Assembly (NCBI GenBank): GCA_963766335.1
Contig: CAVXZA010000002.1
Location: forward strand, 1,615,530 to 1,679,529
Direction of reading: 5' to 3'
DNA: 64,000 nt
Source of the DNA: an uncultured Clostridia bacterium
GTDB taxonomy: Bacteria > Bacillota > Clostridia > DUPQ01
The position numbers and the translations under genes were made by a program. Shown here piece after piece: positions 9,282-23,436 of the stretch (position 1 is its first letter; every line of letters starts with the position of its first letter). The notes beneath the pieces are model-generated. The model made no database searches, was not told the origin of the DNA, and worked only from the letters and a program-made list of their open reading frames with translations.

Positions 9282-10637
9282 ATGAGGAAGCTTTTCGGGA
9301 CCGATGGCGTAAGAGGAATCGCAAATAGAGAACTCACATCCGACCTGGCATTCAAACTTGGCCAGGCCGCGGCATATGTACTTGCCGGCGAATTAGACCA
9401 CAAACCACAGATAATGGTAGGAACGGATACCCGTATATCATGTGACATGCTTGAGTGTGCTTTAAATGCAGGCTTATTTTCTGTCGGGGCCGATGTCATA
9501 AGTCTTGGGGTTATACCTACACCCGGTGTTGCATATCTGACGGCTAAATATAAGGCGGATGCAGGTGTAGTAATTTCAGCATCACATAATTCATTTGAAT
9601 TTAATGGAATAAAGTTTTTTGATTCCGACGGATACAAGTTGCCGGATGATATTGAGAGCAGGATTGAAGATTTTGTTTTTTCTGATGTCAAGCTTCCTCA
9701 TAAAACAGGGCCGAACATCGGCAGGACAATCAGAAAATTCGAGTATGTGAAGGATTATATAAAATTTCTGATTTCGCAGTCGGAATCTGATATCAGCGGC
9801 ATGAAAATTCTACTCGACTGTGCGAACGGTGCAGCTTTCAGGGCTGCGCCTATTGTTTTTTCGCGGCTTGGTGCTGAGATAACTGTTATCAACGCATCGC
9901 CTGACGGGATGAATATAAATGATAGATGCGGTTCAACCCATATCAGTATAATGGGTGAAACTGTTAAAAAAGGTGAATATGACATCGGGTTTGCTTATGA
10001 TGGGGATGCCGATAGGGTTATCGCCGTCGCGGAGGACGGAACCGTTATTGACGGAGACAGAATGCTTGGGGTTCTTGCACTTGATATGAAAAAGAAGGGG
10101 TCTCTTGTTAATGACTCACTTGTTATAACTGTGATGAGCAATATGGCACTTGACAAACTGGCCGAGGAAAATGGGATGTCGGTTGTCAGGACCAAGGTAG
10201 GCGACAGGTATGTCATAGAAGAAATGCGAAAAAATGATTATGCTCTGGGGGGAGAGCAGTCAGGCCATGTTATAATACGCGGATGCAATACTACCGGGGA
10301 CGGAATTCTCACATCAGTTAGGCTTGCAGGAATATTGGCTGACAATGGTAAACGGGCTTCTGAAATTTTCGGGACAATGGAGAAATATCCCCAGGTAATG
10401 GTAAATGCAGCTGTAGATAATAAAAATAAGTATAAAATCCTTAATGATGATACCGTTCTCTCAATGATAGGAAGCATAGAAGAGGAGTTTAACGGGGACG
10501 GCAGGCTTTTAATAAGACCTTCTGGAACCGAACCGGTTGTCAGGGTAATGTTGGAAGGCAGGGACCGGGAATATATCAAATTGAAAGCAAAGGAAATGGC
10601 AGAACTTATAGAAGACAGGTTCGGCAGGGAGGTGTAA
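9282..10637 (+). CDS. glmM: Phosphoglucosamine mutase
   Basis: 451 aa with phosphoserine loop SASHNSFEFNGIKF, Mg site GFAYDGDADR, and GEQSGH motif. Confidence 0.9.
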   Translation: MRKLFGTDGVRGIANRELTSDLAFKLGQAAAYVLAGELDHKPQIMVGTDTRISCDMLECALNAGLFSVGADVISLGVIPTPGVAYLTAKYKADAGVVISASHNSFEFNGIKFFDSDGYKLPDDIESRIEDFVFSDVKLPHKTGPNIGRTIRKFEYVKDYIKFLISQSESDISGMKILLDCANGAAFRAAPIVFSRLGAEITVINASPDGMNINDRCGSTHISIMGETVKKGEYDIGFAYDGDADRVIAVAEDGTVIDGDRMLGVLALDMKKKGSLVNDSLVITVMSNMALDKLAEENGMSVVRTKVGDRYVIEEMRKNDYALGGEQSGHVIIRGCNTTGDGILTSVRLAGILADNGKRASEIFGTMEKYPQVMVNAAVDNKNKYKILNDDTVLSMIGSIEEEFNGDGRLLIRPSGTEPVVRVMLEGRDREYIKLKAKEMAELIEDRFGREV

Positions 10638-10654
10638 ATACAGGTAGGAATGTA

Positions 10655-10800
10655 GTGACAGCGCCAGGACCGCCCTCGGGCGGTTGACGAGGAGAAAGCT
10701 TATCGAAAGATTCGGCGGATGGCTTTCCGGTTCCACGATCGAGACGCATGATGTAAAACCCGCAGGCAACTGCGAAACAAAGGACATGCGGTGTGGTTCT
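10655..10800 (+). ncRNA. glmS ribozyme: glmS ribozyme (GlcN6P-responsive self-cleaving riboswitch) in glmS leader
   Basis: Conserved core AGCGCCAGGAC...GGCGG TTGACGAGG...TTATCGAA..TTCGGCGGATG... matches the glmS ribozyme consensus (P1-P2.1 pseudoknot core). Located immediately upstream of glmS. Confidence 0.85.
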
Positions 10801-10841
10801 TAATTTATTTCCTTTATTTAATAAAAGACAGGAGAATAATC

Positions 10842-12611
10842 ATGTGCGGAATCATAGGATGCACAGGTGGCTTCAAAACCGTTGATGTATTGCTTGAAGG
10901 GCTCAGGAAGCTCGAGTACAGGGGATACGACTCTGCGGGAATCGCTGTCATGTGCAATGATAAGATAGAAGTTGTCAAATGCAAGGGAAGGATAAGCGGG
11001 TTATCCGATAAAATCAAAGACCGGGATTTCAGTTCCTGCAAATCAGGAATCGGTCATACGAGGTGGGCTACCCACGGAGAGCCGAATTATATTAATTCAC
11101 ACCCTCATATAAGTGATTCGGGCCTTTTCTGTGTCGTCCACAATGGAATCATTGAGAATTATGTTGAAATTAGGGAAAATCTTAAAGAAAACGGATATAG
11201 TTTCCTTTCAGAGACGGACTCTGAGGTCATAGCACACCTTTTGGAGTTTAATTATAACGGTGATGTTGTTAAGGCGATTCACGATACAGTTAACCAGCTT
11301 GAAGGCTCATATGCCCTCGGAGTAATATGCTCCGTCACCCCTGATAAGATTTATTCAGCCAGAAAAGACAGCCCTCTTGTCCTTGGGATGACTCCTAAGG
11401 GAGGGCTTATAGCATCGGATATTCCGGCGATACTGGGACTCACCAGGGAAATATTTATCGCTGAGGACGGTGAAATTGCATGCATAGGAAGCGAAGATAT
11501 TTGTTTCTATAATTCGCTGGGTATGCTCATTGAAAAAGAGAGCATAACGGTTGACTGGGATGCAGGAGCAGCTGAAAAGGGCGGCTACGAGCATTTCATG
11601 CTGAAGGAAATACATGAAGAGCCCGAGGCGGTGAGAAAAACCCTGGCGAATAAGGGATTGGATAAACTTGTAATTACAAGGCCTGACAGGATATACATAA
11701 TTGCATGCGGAACAGCATATCATGCCGGGGTTGTAGGAAAGTATATAATTGAGGAGACAGCCGGTATTCCGGTTGAAGTCGACCTTGCGAGTGAGTTCAG
11801 ATACAAGAATCCTATAATCGGTAATAATAGCCTTGCTATTATTATTTCGCAATCGGGAGAGACAATAGACACCCTCTTTGCTATGAGAAAAGCAAAAGAA
11901 CTCGGTGCAAGGATACTGGCCCTTGTCAATGTAGTAGGAAGCTCCATTGCACGCGAAGCGGATGATGTTTTTTACACCAGGGCCGGACCTGAGATTGCAG
12001 TTGCCTCTACAAAAGCCTATTCAACCCAGCTTGCGGCTATTTTTATGCTGGCCGGCAAGCTTTCCGGCGGACTGATCCAGGAATCGGATATGTATGAATT
12101 ACCCGGAATGCTGGAAAAGATTCTTGAACAAAAAAATACGGTACAAAGGTACGCCTCGGAGCTTTTCGGAGGGAAAAGTATATTTTTCATTGGGCGTGGA
12201 CTTGATTATGCGCTTTCCATGGAAGGTTCGCTTAAACTAAAGGAAATTTCTTATATTCATTCGGAAGCTTATGCCGGAGGTGAATTAAAACATGGCACAA
12301 TTGCCTTGATTGAAGAGGGAACACCGGTAATATGCAGCATGACCCAGCCTTATATATTTTCAAAAATGGCAAGTAACCTGATGGAAGTTAAGGCGAGAGG
12401 AGCAAGGGTTTTGATAATCACTACAGAAAAACTGGCTATGAAGGCAAAGGAGATAACCGATATGATTATAACAATACCGGATGTACTTCCGGTTCTTGCC
12501 CCGATAACTGCTGTAACTCCAATGCAATTGTTTGCATATTATTGTTCAGTTCTTAAAGGCTGTGATGTTGATAAACCCAGAAACCTGGCAAAAAGCGTTA
12601 CTGTGGAATAA
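10842..12611 (+). CDS. glmS: Glutamine--fructose-6-phosphate aminotransferase (isomerizing)
   Basis: Starts MCGIIG (Cys2 nucleophile). AGGAGA ribosome-binding site. Two SIS domains. C-terminal ...KPRNLAKSVTVE. The track ORF begins at a spurious upstream ATG. Confidence 0.92.
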   Translation: MCGIIGCTGGFKTVDVLLEGLRKLEYRGYDSAGIAVMCNDKIEVVKCKGRISGLSDKIKDRDFSSCKSGIGHTRWATHGEPNYINSHPHISDSGLFCVVHNGIIENYVEIRENLKENGYSFLSETDSEVIAHLLEFNYNGDVVKAIHDTVNQLEGSYALGVICSVTPDKIYSARKDSPLVLGMTPKGGLIASDIPAILGLTREIFIAEDGEIACIGSEDICFYNSLGMLIEKESITVDWDAGAAEKGGYEHFMLKEIHEEPEAVRKTLANKGLDKLVITRPDRIYIIACGTAYHAGVVGKYIIEETAGIPVEVDLASEFRYKNPIIGNNSLAIIISQSGETIDTLFAMRKAKELGARILALVNVVGSSIAREADDVFYTRAGPEIAVASTKAYSTQLAAIFMLAGKLSGGLIQESDMYELPGMLEKILEQKNTVQRYASELFGGKSIFFIGRGLDYALSMEGSLKLKEISYIHSEAYAGGELKHGTIALIEEGTPVICSMTQPYIFSKMASNLMEVKARGARVLIITTEKLAMKAKEITDMIITIPDVLPVLAPITAVTPMQLFAYYCSVLKGCDVDKPRNLAKSVTVE

Positions 12612-12975
12612 GCAGAAATGTTAATAAACAGAGGCCCCTTAAAATAGTCGGAATTTTACGAATATATAAGCATAGGGGATATTGTAGATAATTAAGATAA
12701 GGATTCCCCGACAACGGCCAGGCTTATGCCGATTTACTGCAAAAATGGTTTCTCAATTATATGCTGGTTTTTGGGAAATCGGTTTTGTTAGTAATTTAAC
12801 TGTTGAACAGAGAAATATATAGGAGTATAATGATTTCACAAGATAATATTTTGGGAAAGCTTTGATTATCTGCCTATATTTGGGCGCTTTGGCGGATAGG
12901 AGCAAGTAGCGCAACCGGCCTTGTCAATGTCCCTTTGCACAGCCGGAGGGATTTTCTATAGCATTCAATCATCAT

Positions 12976-13266
12976 ATGGTCTTCACTAAAGATAAAAAAG
13001 ATAAATCTCTGAAAGACGGTGTTGTCATGATGAAAGCAAAAGTGGATGCAGCGGCCTGCAACGGATGCGGGTTTTGCGCAAGAATGGTCAGTGGTATTTT
13101 CCTGATCAGGGAGAGCGGGAAGGCGTTTGCCTTGAATATAGAAATTCCCGTAGACTATGTTGAACTGGCGCGTGTCGCCAGGGATGAATGCCCGAAGGAT
13201 GCCATAACGTTATATGAAGAAAAGAAACGCATGTCATATGTTCCGTATCCGGCGAAACAGGCATGA
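12976..13266 (+). CDS. 4Fe-4S ferredoxin (single-cluster type)
   Basis: CNGCGFCARM ... CP motif. Likely true start at the internal ATG at 13027 (MMKAKVD...). Confidence 0.5.
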   Translation: MVFTKDKKDKSLKDGVVMMKAKVDAAACNGCGFCARMVSGIFLIRESGKAFALNIEIPVDYVELARVARDECPKDAITLYEEKKRMSYVPYPAKQA

Positions 13267-13409
13267 GGGTAAAACCTTTAGAAAATTTGTTAGCTAATTG
13301 AATGAAAGAGCATATATGGCTAAAAGGAACTAGGGGTTCTGCCGGGCCATGTAAAGAATTTCTGAAAGTAAAGAAAGAACGATATTTTAGAAAGAAAGGA
13401 AAAAGAAAA

Positions 13410-13574
13410 ATGAAAAAATTAGTGGCTATTTTAGTAGTAGCGGCAATTCTATTATTGGGTGCAGGTTCTGTTCTGGCAGGCGGAGATAAAGTACAGATGG
13501 AAAATCCGGGATTTAATCAGGAGCCAAGTGATCACAATGCAGTAAATCATTGTTTTCAAAATATCAATGACTAA
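13410..13574 (+). CDS. Small secreted peptide (55 aa) with signal peptide
   Basis: MKKLVAILVVAAILLLGAGSVLAGG... with AAAGGA ribosome-binding site 8 nt upstream. The upstream part of the track ORF 13302.. is probably not translated. Confidence 0.4.
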   Translation: MKKLVAILVVAAILLLGAGSVLAGGDKVQMENPGFNQEPSDHNAVNHCFQNIND

Positions 13575-13724
13575 ATGATTCTTTAACAGGACATAAAGAA
13601 ATCAGGTAAGCGATTTTATTAGTCTGCGTTTGGAATGCAAATATTTTATTAAACTAGTAAGATCGTGTGTTTCATATAGGTATAAACAGGTATAAGAATG
13701 TATACTTTAGAAAGGAGTACCGAT

Positions 13725-13850
13725 ATGAACAATATAATAGCACTTGAGGAATGCCCGGGTTGCGGAATTATCCTAGGCCTGACACCTGAAGTTGAACAGG
13801 TTGATTTCTCCGGCGGATGTTTCCGAGAAAAAAAGGAATCCGACGATTAA
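13725..13850 (+). CDS. Small Cys-containing peptide (41 aa), unknown function
   Basis: MNNIIALEECPGCGIILGLTPEVEQVDFSGGCFREKKESDD with a strong GAAAGGAG ribosome-binding site 7 nt upstream. Followed by terminator at 13881-13902. Missed by the ORF track (<60 aa). Confidence 0.45.
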   Translation: MNNIIALEECPGCGIILGLTPEVEQVDFSGGCFREKKESDD

Positions 13851-13880
13851 ATAGACTCATAATACAAAATTAATTATTAG

Positions 13881-13902
13881 CAGGGCGAAAGCCCTGTTTT
13901 TT
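13881..13902 (+). terminator. Rho-independent terminator
   Basis: cagggcgaaagccctg hairpin followed by tttttt. Confidence 0.7.
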
Positions 13903-13908
13903 AAAAAA

Positions 13909-13941
13909 ATCGATGAGCTGACCCAGGGTCAGCTCATCGAT
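13909..13941. repeat. Perfect 33-nt palindrome (15-bp arms, 3-nt centre)
   Basis: ATCGATGAGCTGACC CAG GGTCAGCTCATCGAT. Lies upstream of the beta-galactosidase gene. Candidate operator or hairpin. Confidence 0.6.
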
Positions 13942-14036
13942 TACCCCGGTGGTTCAATTAAATTTTTTATAAAGAGGATTATCTGTTTCCCCGCATTGCT
14001 GTATTTTGATATACTGTTTTATATCCCTTCGGATAA

Positions 14037-18613
<4,577 letters not shown>

Positions 18614-18728
18614 AATTGTCCGGGTAGAGGTTGTTATTGGATAAATAAATATAGATTGAAAAATCAGAATACTGAAAATCTGATGTATACTTGTATAAAT
18701 ATATTTTTTAACGGGAGACTATCTCTGA

Positions 18729-20096
18729 ATGAGAAAAAGCAGGGACCTGACCCAAGGCAGTATTAAAAAACATATTGTTACGCTGACGGGCCCGATGATT
18801 TTCGGCATCCTCGGTGTTACAGTTTTTAATCTTGTTGACACATATTTCGTTGGTCTCCTTGGAACAAAGGAGCTTGCGGCATTATCTTTCACTTTCCCGA
18901 TTGTGCTTACTTTCAGCAGCCTGACCCTTGGAATCAGTACGGGTGTAACTGCGGCTGTTTCCAGGGTTGCAGGGAAACACGACTCCGGGCGGTTGAAAGC
19001 GCTCGTATTTGACAGCATGGTCCTCTCGGTTCTTTGTGTATTGCTCTTCATCGGAATCGGTTTTCTGGTCATGCGGCCTATACTCGGTTTTATGAAAGCA
19101 GAGGAAGAGCTTATCCCAATAATCATGACATACCTGACAATATGGCTGCCCGGGCTTATATTCGTTGTATTTCCTATGGTTGGAAACGGAATTATAAGGG
19201 CCCTCGGCGACACACTGACACCCGGAATTGTAATGATCATTGCGGGTATTGTTAATGCAATCCTTGATCCTATGTTTATATTCGGAATTGGGTTTTTCCC
19301 TGAACTGGGTGTGGCGGGCGCTGCCATTGCAACAGTCATCGGCCGGTTCATCACATTTATAGTGGCCCTTTATGTCCTTATGAAAAGGGAGAAGGTCCTT
19401 ACATTGCAAAAACGAAAATTAAGTGATATGGCTGCAAATTGGAAGGAAATTCTGAAAGTCTCAATACCAGCGGGTCTGTCAAGGGTTATACTCCCTGTCG
19501 GGAGCGGTATAATTACTGGAATGGTAGCTGTTTATGGAGTTGAAGCAGTTGCAGGCTTTGGAATGGCGACTAAAATTGAAAATTTCCTGATTATTATAGC
19601 AAATGCCATGGCTTCAATAATAATTCCATTTGCCGGACAAAATATCGGTGCCGGTAAATTCGGGCGAGTGAAAGATATATTTAGATATTCCAACAAGTTT
19701 ATCTTAATCCTGCAGGCAGGCCTGTATATTTTGGTGCTTTTCTCCGCTGATTTTCTCGCCGGCCTGTTTTCAGATGACCCTGAGGTAATCAGGGTTGCAT
19801 CACTGTATATGAGAATCGTTACTTTGGCTTATGGATTCAAAGGGGTAATCCTTCTTTGTTCTTCATTCCTTAATGTTATGAGAAGACCACTCGTCGCAGC
19901 GGCGCTGAACCTTGCTCAGATGTTTATAATATTCATTCCTCTGGCTTGGATAGGCAATCAACTGATTGGGATTGCAGGTATTTTTTCAGCGCTTGCATTA
20001 TCTCTTCTAATAACGGCGGCAGCAGCATGGTTAACAACAAGAAGGAGATTGGATTTTATATCTTCAAATTTCACAAATCCGGAGGTGAACGGATGA
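18729..20096 (+). CDS. MATE family efflux transporter
   Basis: 455 aa, 12 predicted TM helices, typical MATE N-terminal region (..GPMIFGILGVTVFNLVDTYFVG..). Confidence 0.8.
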   Translation: MRKSRDLTQGSIKKHIVTLTGPMIFGILGVTVFNLVDTYFVGLLGTKELAALSFTFPIVLTFSSLTLGISTGVTAAVSRVAGKHDSGRLKALVFDSMVLSVLCVLLFIGIGFLVMRPILGFMKAEEELIPIIMTYLTIWLPGLIFVVFPMVGNGIIRALGDTLTPGIVMIIAGIVNAILDPMFIFGIGFFPELGVAGAAIATVIGRFITFIVALYVLMKREKVLTLQKRKLSDMAANWKEILKVSIPAGLSRVILPVGSGIITGMVAVYGVEAVAGFGMATKIENFLIIIANAMASIIIPFAGQNIGAGKFGRVKDIFRYSNKFILILQAGLYILVLFSADFLAGLFSDDPEVIRVASLYMRIVTLAYGFKGVILLCSSFLNVMRRPLVAAALNLAQMFIIFIPLAWIGNQLIGIAGIFSALALSLLITAAAAWLTTRRRLDFISSNFTNPEVNG

Positions 20097-20389
20097 AAGA
20101 ACTGATTAAGGAAATTATTAAATTCAGGGATGACAGGGACTGGAGAAAATATCACACACTGGACAACCTGGCAAAATCCATATCGATAGAAGCGGCTGAA
20201 TTACTTGAGAACTTCCAGTGGAGTAATGAGTATGATATTGAAAACGTCTGTGATGAACTGGCGGACATAATGATATATTCAATTATGGCAACGGAACTCA
20301 TAGGGGCAGACATGGAAGATATAATTCGGAAAAAGATAGCTAAAAATGCTGAAAAATACCCGTTGGATAGAGATAATGCTCTAAGATGA
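20093..20389 (+). CDS. MazG-like nucleotide pyrophosphohydrolase (small, single domain)
   Basis: MKELIKEIIKFRDDRDWRKYHTLDNLAKSISIEAAELLE...DELADIMIY: EExxE/D MazG motif. ATG overlaps the MATE stop. The track ORF started in the wrong upstream frame region. Confidence 0.7.
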   Translation: MKELIKEIIKFRDDRDWRKYHTLDNLAKSISIEAAELLENFQWSNEYDIENVCDELADIMIYSIMATELIGADMEDIIRKKIAKNAEKYPLDRDNALR

Positions 20390-20431
20390 TTTATTGAAAT
20401 AACCGGGAGGTTTTTTAAAACGAGGTGCGGG

Positions 20432-21487
20432 ATGAATTGGAACAATATTATAAAACTTAGGATGGAGAGGCTGGGATTTACAGCGCCGGCCGGCAATGAA
20501 GCGGAATACGATGAGTTATTCAGGCGGTTGCAGCCGGTTTCGACTGAATACTTTTCCGAACCCGGACGCCCGCCTTCTATCAGATACAGGGCTGATTTTG
20601 ATGATATTGAATATAACCGCCTTTTAAGGCAGAATCAGGACATAATTAAGGCCAGGTTCCAGGGCAGCACAATTTCTTATGTACGCAGGGATGAACTTGA
20701 ATTATATGCCGCGGCATTCGCAAAGCCATTGTCAAAAATGAACGACACGGAATTGGAGCTTTTTACAGTACTGGACCAGGTCGGTCCTATGGATAAAAAA
20801 CAAATCATGGAAGAACTGGATCTTAAAGGCCCGGTGGTTACAAAGATACTTCAGAAATTTCAAAAGGCATTCATGGTTTATGAGCTTCAGCCGGACAGGT
20901 TCGGTGAACAGGTATGGCAGACTTTCAGTTCGGAGTGGCCTGAATTTAATTACATGATTTATAATGCTGATGAAGCCCGTAGAAAAATCGTACTGAGATT
21001 TCTGGGTAATATGGTGATAGCCGATGCAGATATGACAAGGGACTGGACCAGGTTCAGCAAAAAAGAGATAGCCGGGGTGTTTGCAGATCTTGAAAAAAGG
21101 GGCATGGTAAAATCTTTTGTCAGTAATGACAAAGCAATTTATTTCAGGCCTGAAGATAAAGCTGCAATATTCAACAGGATGAAGGTTAGGATTCCAAAGT
21201 CAGTATTTGTCATACATAAAGCTGATTACTTATACAGGGCGTATGAGGGCAGTTTGAAAGCCAGATACAAAGGCAGGGAAATCCTGCAGCATCTGCTGAT
21301 TGACGGTGAATTTGCCGGGGCGGTTGAAGGCCACTGGAGGATAGGGCCCCACAATATTGAAAATATCATCGTGGAACTTTCCGCCGAGAAGGCAGCGGAA
21401 AGAAAAAACAAAATAATTAGTGCAGTGGCTCAATTCTACCATCCGCCTAACAGCAATATATTAAGATACAATGGTGTGCCAATCTAG
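20432..21487 (+). CDS. Hypothetical protein (possibly winged-helix YcaQ/AlkZ-like)
   Basis: 351 aa soluble protein with no strong motif recognised. Size and a central region that looks winged-helix-like are the only basis, and family assignment is unverified. Confidence 0.3.
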   Translation: MNWNNIIKLRMERLGFTAPAGNEAEYDELFRRLQPVSTEYFSEPGRPPSIRYRADFDDIEYNRLLRQNQDIIKARFQGSTISYVRRDELELYAAAFAKPLSKMNDTELELFTVLDQVGPMDKKQIMEELDLKGPVVTKILQKFQKAFMVYELQPDRFGEQVWQTFSSEWPEFNYMIYNADEARRKIVLRFLGNMVIADADMTRDWTRFSKKEIAGVFADLEKRGMVKSFVSNDKAIYFRPEDKAAIFNRMKVRIPKSVFVIHKADYLYRAYEGSLKARYKGREILQHLLIDGEFAGAVEGHWRIGPHNIENIIVELSAEKAAERKNKIISAVAQFYHPPNSNILRYNGVPI

Positions 21488-21731
21488 AAATGTTCGTTTT
21501 ACAGATTTATAACCGGGGTTCAGATGAGGACACCGTTGTTTTGTATCGCCTTTATGATTTCATAAACTCCATTAGGTCCGAAATATAAGGTGACTTTACT
21601 TGATTCGGGGCTGCCTGTCAGTGAGAGAAGTTCAAAATTTCAACCGTGTTTTTCCATTGACCGATCATACCATGACAAAAGCGGGGAAGCGCTTATGATA
21701 TAATAACAGTATCAAGGCAGGAGGTATTGCC

Positions 21732-22565
21732 ATGATAGAAATTCCGGAAGCAAAAGTGATTTCATCCCAGCTTAATAAAGAAATCTCAGGTAAAAGCATC
21801 AAATATGCCGCAGCAGGGACACATCCTAATAAGTTTGCCTGGTATACAGGCGAACCGATTGAGTATGGGAAAAAATTGTTCGGGAGAAAAATTGTTAAAT
21901 CATATAACCATGCATCAAGGGTATTTATTGAACTTGACAACGGGCTTGCCCTGATTTTCGGAGAGGGGACTTGCATTAGTTTTCATCAAGCCGGTGCCCC
22001 AAGGCCAAAAAAACACCAGCTTATAATAGAATTTACTGATGACACTTCTCTAACGGTATCAATCAGGATGTACGGATTCATCTTATGTGAGGATAAGGAT
22101 TCGGTTACTAATAAATATATAGTTGATTCCATGAAAAAGCCATCTCCCCTTAGTACAGGGTTTACATGGGATTATTTCAATAAATTATTCATTGCCAATA
22201 AAGACACAGTTATGAGTACGAAAGCTTTTCTTGCAACTGAGCAACGGATTCCAGGGCTTGGTAACGGCGTACTGCATGATATCCTTTTTAATGCACTGAT
22301 TCATCCTAAGCTTAAATTGAAGAATTATAATGATGAAGAACCGGACAACCTGTTCAATTCTATAAGGATAACGCTTGGTGAAATGGCTGATAAAGGAGGC
22401 AGGGACACGGAAAAGGATATTTTTGGACAAAAGGGTGGCTATAAATCAATAATGTCCAGGAATACCGTCGGGACAGCCTGCCCTTCATGCGGAGCATTGA
22501 TTGAAAAACAAAGTTATATGGGAGGCAGTATTTATTTCTGCCCTGAATGTCAGAGAAATGAGTAA
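21732..22565 (+). CDS. Fpg/Nei family DNA glycosylase/AP lyase homolog with non-canonical N-terminus
   Basis: N-terminus MIEIPEAK (cf. MPELPEV). H2TH region KAFLATEQRIPGLGNGVLHDILFNALIHP. C-terminal zinc finger CPSCG...CPECQ. AGGAGG ribosome-binding site. Confidence 0.7.
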   Translation: MIEIPEAKVISSQLNKEISGKSIKYAAAGTHPNKFAWYTGEPIEYGKKLFGRKIVKSYNHASRVFIELDNGLALIFGEGTCISFHQAGAPRPKKHQLIIEFTDDTSLTVSIRMYGFILCEDKDSVTNKYIVDSMKKPSPLSTGFTWDYFNKLFIANKDTVMSTKAFLATEQRIPGLGNGVLHDILFNALIHPKLKLKNYNDEEPDNLFNSIRITLGEMADKGGRDTEKDIFGQKGGYKSIMSRNTVGTACPSCGALIEKQSYMGGSIYFCPECQRNE

Positions 22566-22568
22566 CAC

Positions 22569-23162
22569 TTGATTTACAATTTTGAATATGAGCTAAAGCT
22601 GATGCTTACCGAAGACGAATATGAATCGCTTCTTGTTTTTCAAGGATGTGATGCTTTTAAACAGACGAATCACTATTTTGATACCTGTGATTTTGCTATG
22701 AATAGGAATAAGACTGTAATCAGGATACGCGAGAAAGAAAACTCATATGAATTAACTGTCAAAACAAATAAATCCGTTACTAAGGATACCGGGGTTGTAG
22801 CAATGGATGAGAATAATTTAAATATTGATGGTAAAACCGCTGTAAAGCTCTTGGCAGGGGGGTTGGATATAAGAGAATTACTTCCCGTTGATGTAGTTCA
22901 TTCCGATAAAAAACTCTGTTATATTGGTAAAATAACTACGGTAAGGAAGAAAATTCGTATAAATGAGAAGCTTCCAATGGCTGAACTTGATAAAAGTGTA
23001 TATAATGACACAGTTGATTATGAGCTTGAATGGGAAATCAGTGAAGAGAAATATAATGAAGCGGTTGGCAATTTGAAAAATATCGGGATACCCCTTGAGG
23101 GCCGCCTGAGTGGATTGTCCAAATACGGCCGTTTGGTCGAAAGGCTTAGAAAGGGAAAATAA
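22569..23162 (+). CDS. CYTH domain protein (triphosphate tunnel metalloenzyme)
   Basis: N-terminal FEYELKL (ExExK CYTH signature). Size about 197 aa. Probably TTG start at 22569. Confidence 0.55.
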   Translation: MIYNFEYELKLMLTEDEYESLLVFQGCDAFKQTNHYFDTCDFAMNRNKTVIRIREKENSYELTVKTNKSVTKDTGVVAMDENNLNIDGKTAVKLLAGGLDIRELLPVDVVHSDKKLCYIGKITTVRKKIRINEKLPMAELDKSVYNDTVDYELEWEISEEKYNEAVGNLKNIGIPLEGRLSGLSKYGRLVERLRKGK

Positions 23163-23356
23163 TGTACTGGTGGTATTTTTTGATACTGCTTGGAGCGGTG
23201 GCGTATTTTGGCTACAGGCGGTACCTTGGAAATAAAAGAAAAAAGCGGGGCCTGTCGCCTACATGCGAGAAATGCGGGACACCTATGGAGCTGCAGACAA
23301 AATTAGATGAAAGTGAAATATGGGAATGTCCGAAATGCAATCCGCATGACGGCTAG
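23162..23356 (+). CDS. Small membrane-anchored zinc-ribbon protein
   Basis: N-terminal TM helix (WWYFLILLGAVAYFGY), then CEKCG...CPKC. Confidence 0.4.
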   Translation: MYWWYFLILLGAVAYFGYRRYLGNKRKKRGLSPTCEKCGTPMELQTKLDESEIWECPKCNPHDG

Positions 23357-23436
23357 TTTTTTTAATAGCGAATGCAGGTCAAATTGAAACGGTGCATCAC
23401 TCAGGACTTGTATTAAATTTCCAATAAGGAGTTACA

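Noticed and set aside
12612-12975. 364-bp intergenic region between glmS and ferredoxin as a riboswitch
   Set aside because: No conserved riboswitch core (TPP, SAM, FMN, purine, c-di-AMP ydaO) was recognisable by eye. Left unannotated.
21487-21731. Minus-strand ORF 21665-21976 and intergenic region as a separate gene or promoter element
   Set aside because: ORF overlaps the start of the Fpg-like gene on the opposite strand with no ribosome-binding site. Promoter hexamers ambiguous (TTGACC with 36-nt spacing to TATAAT).
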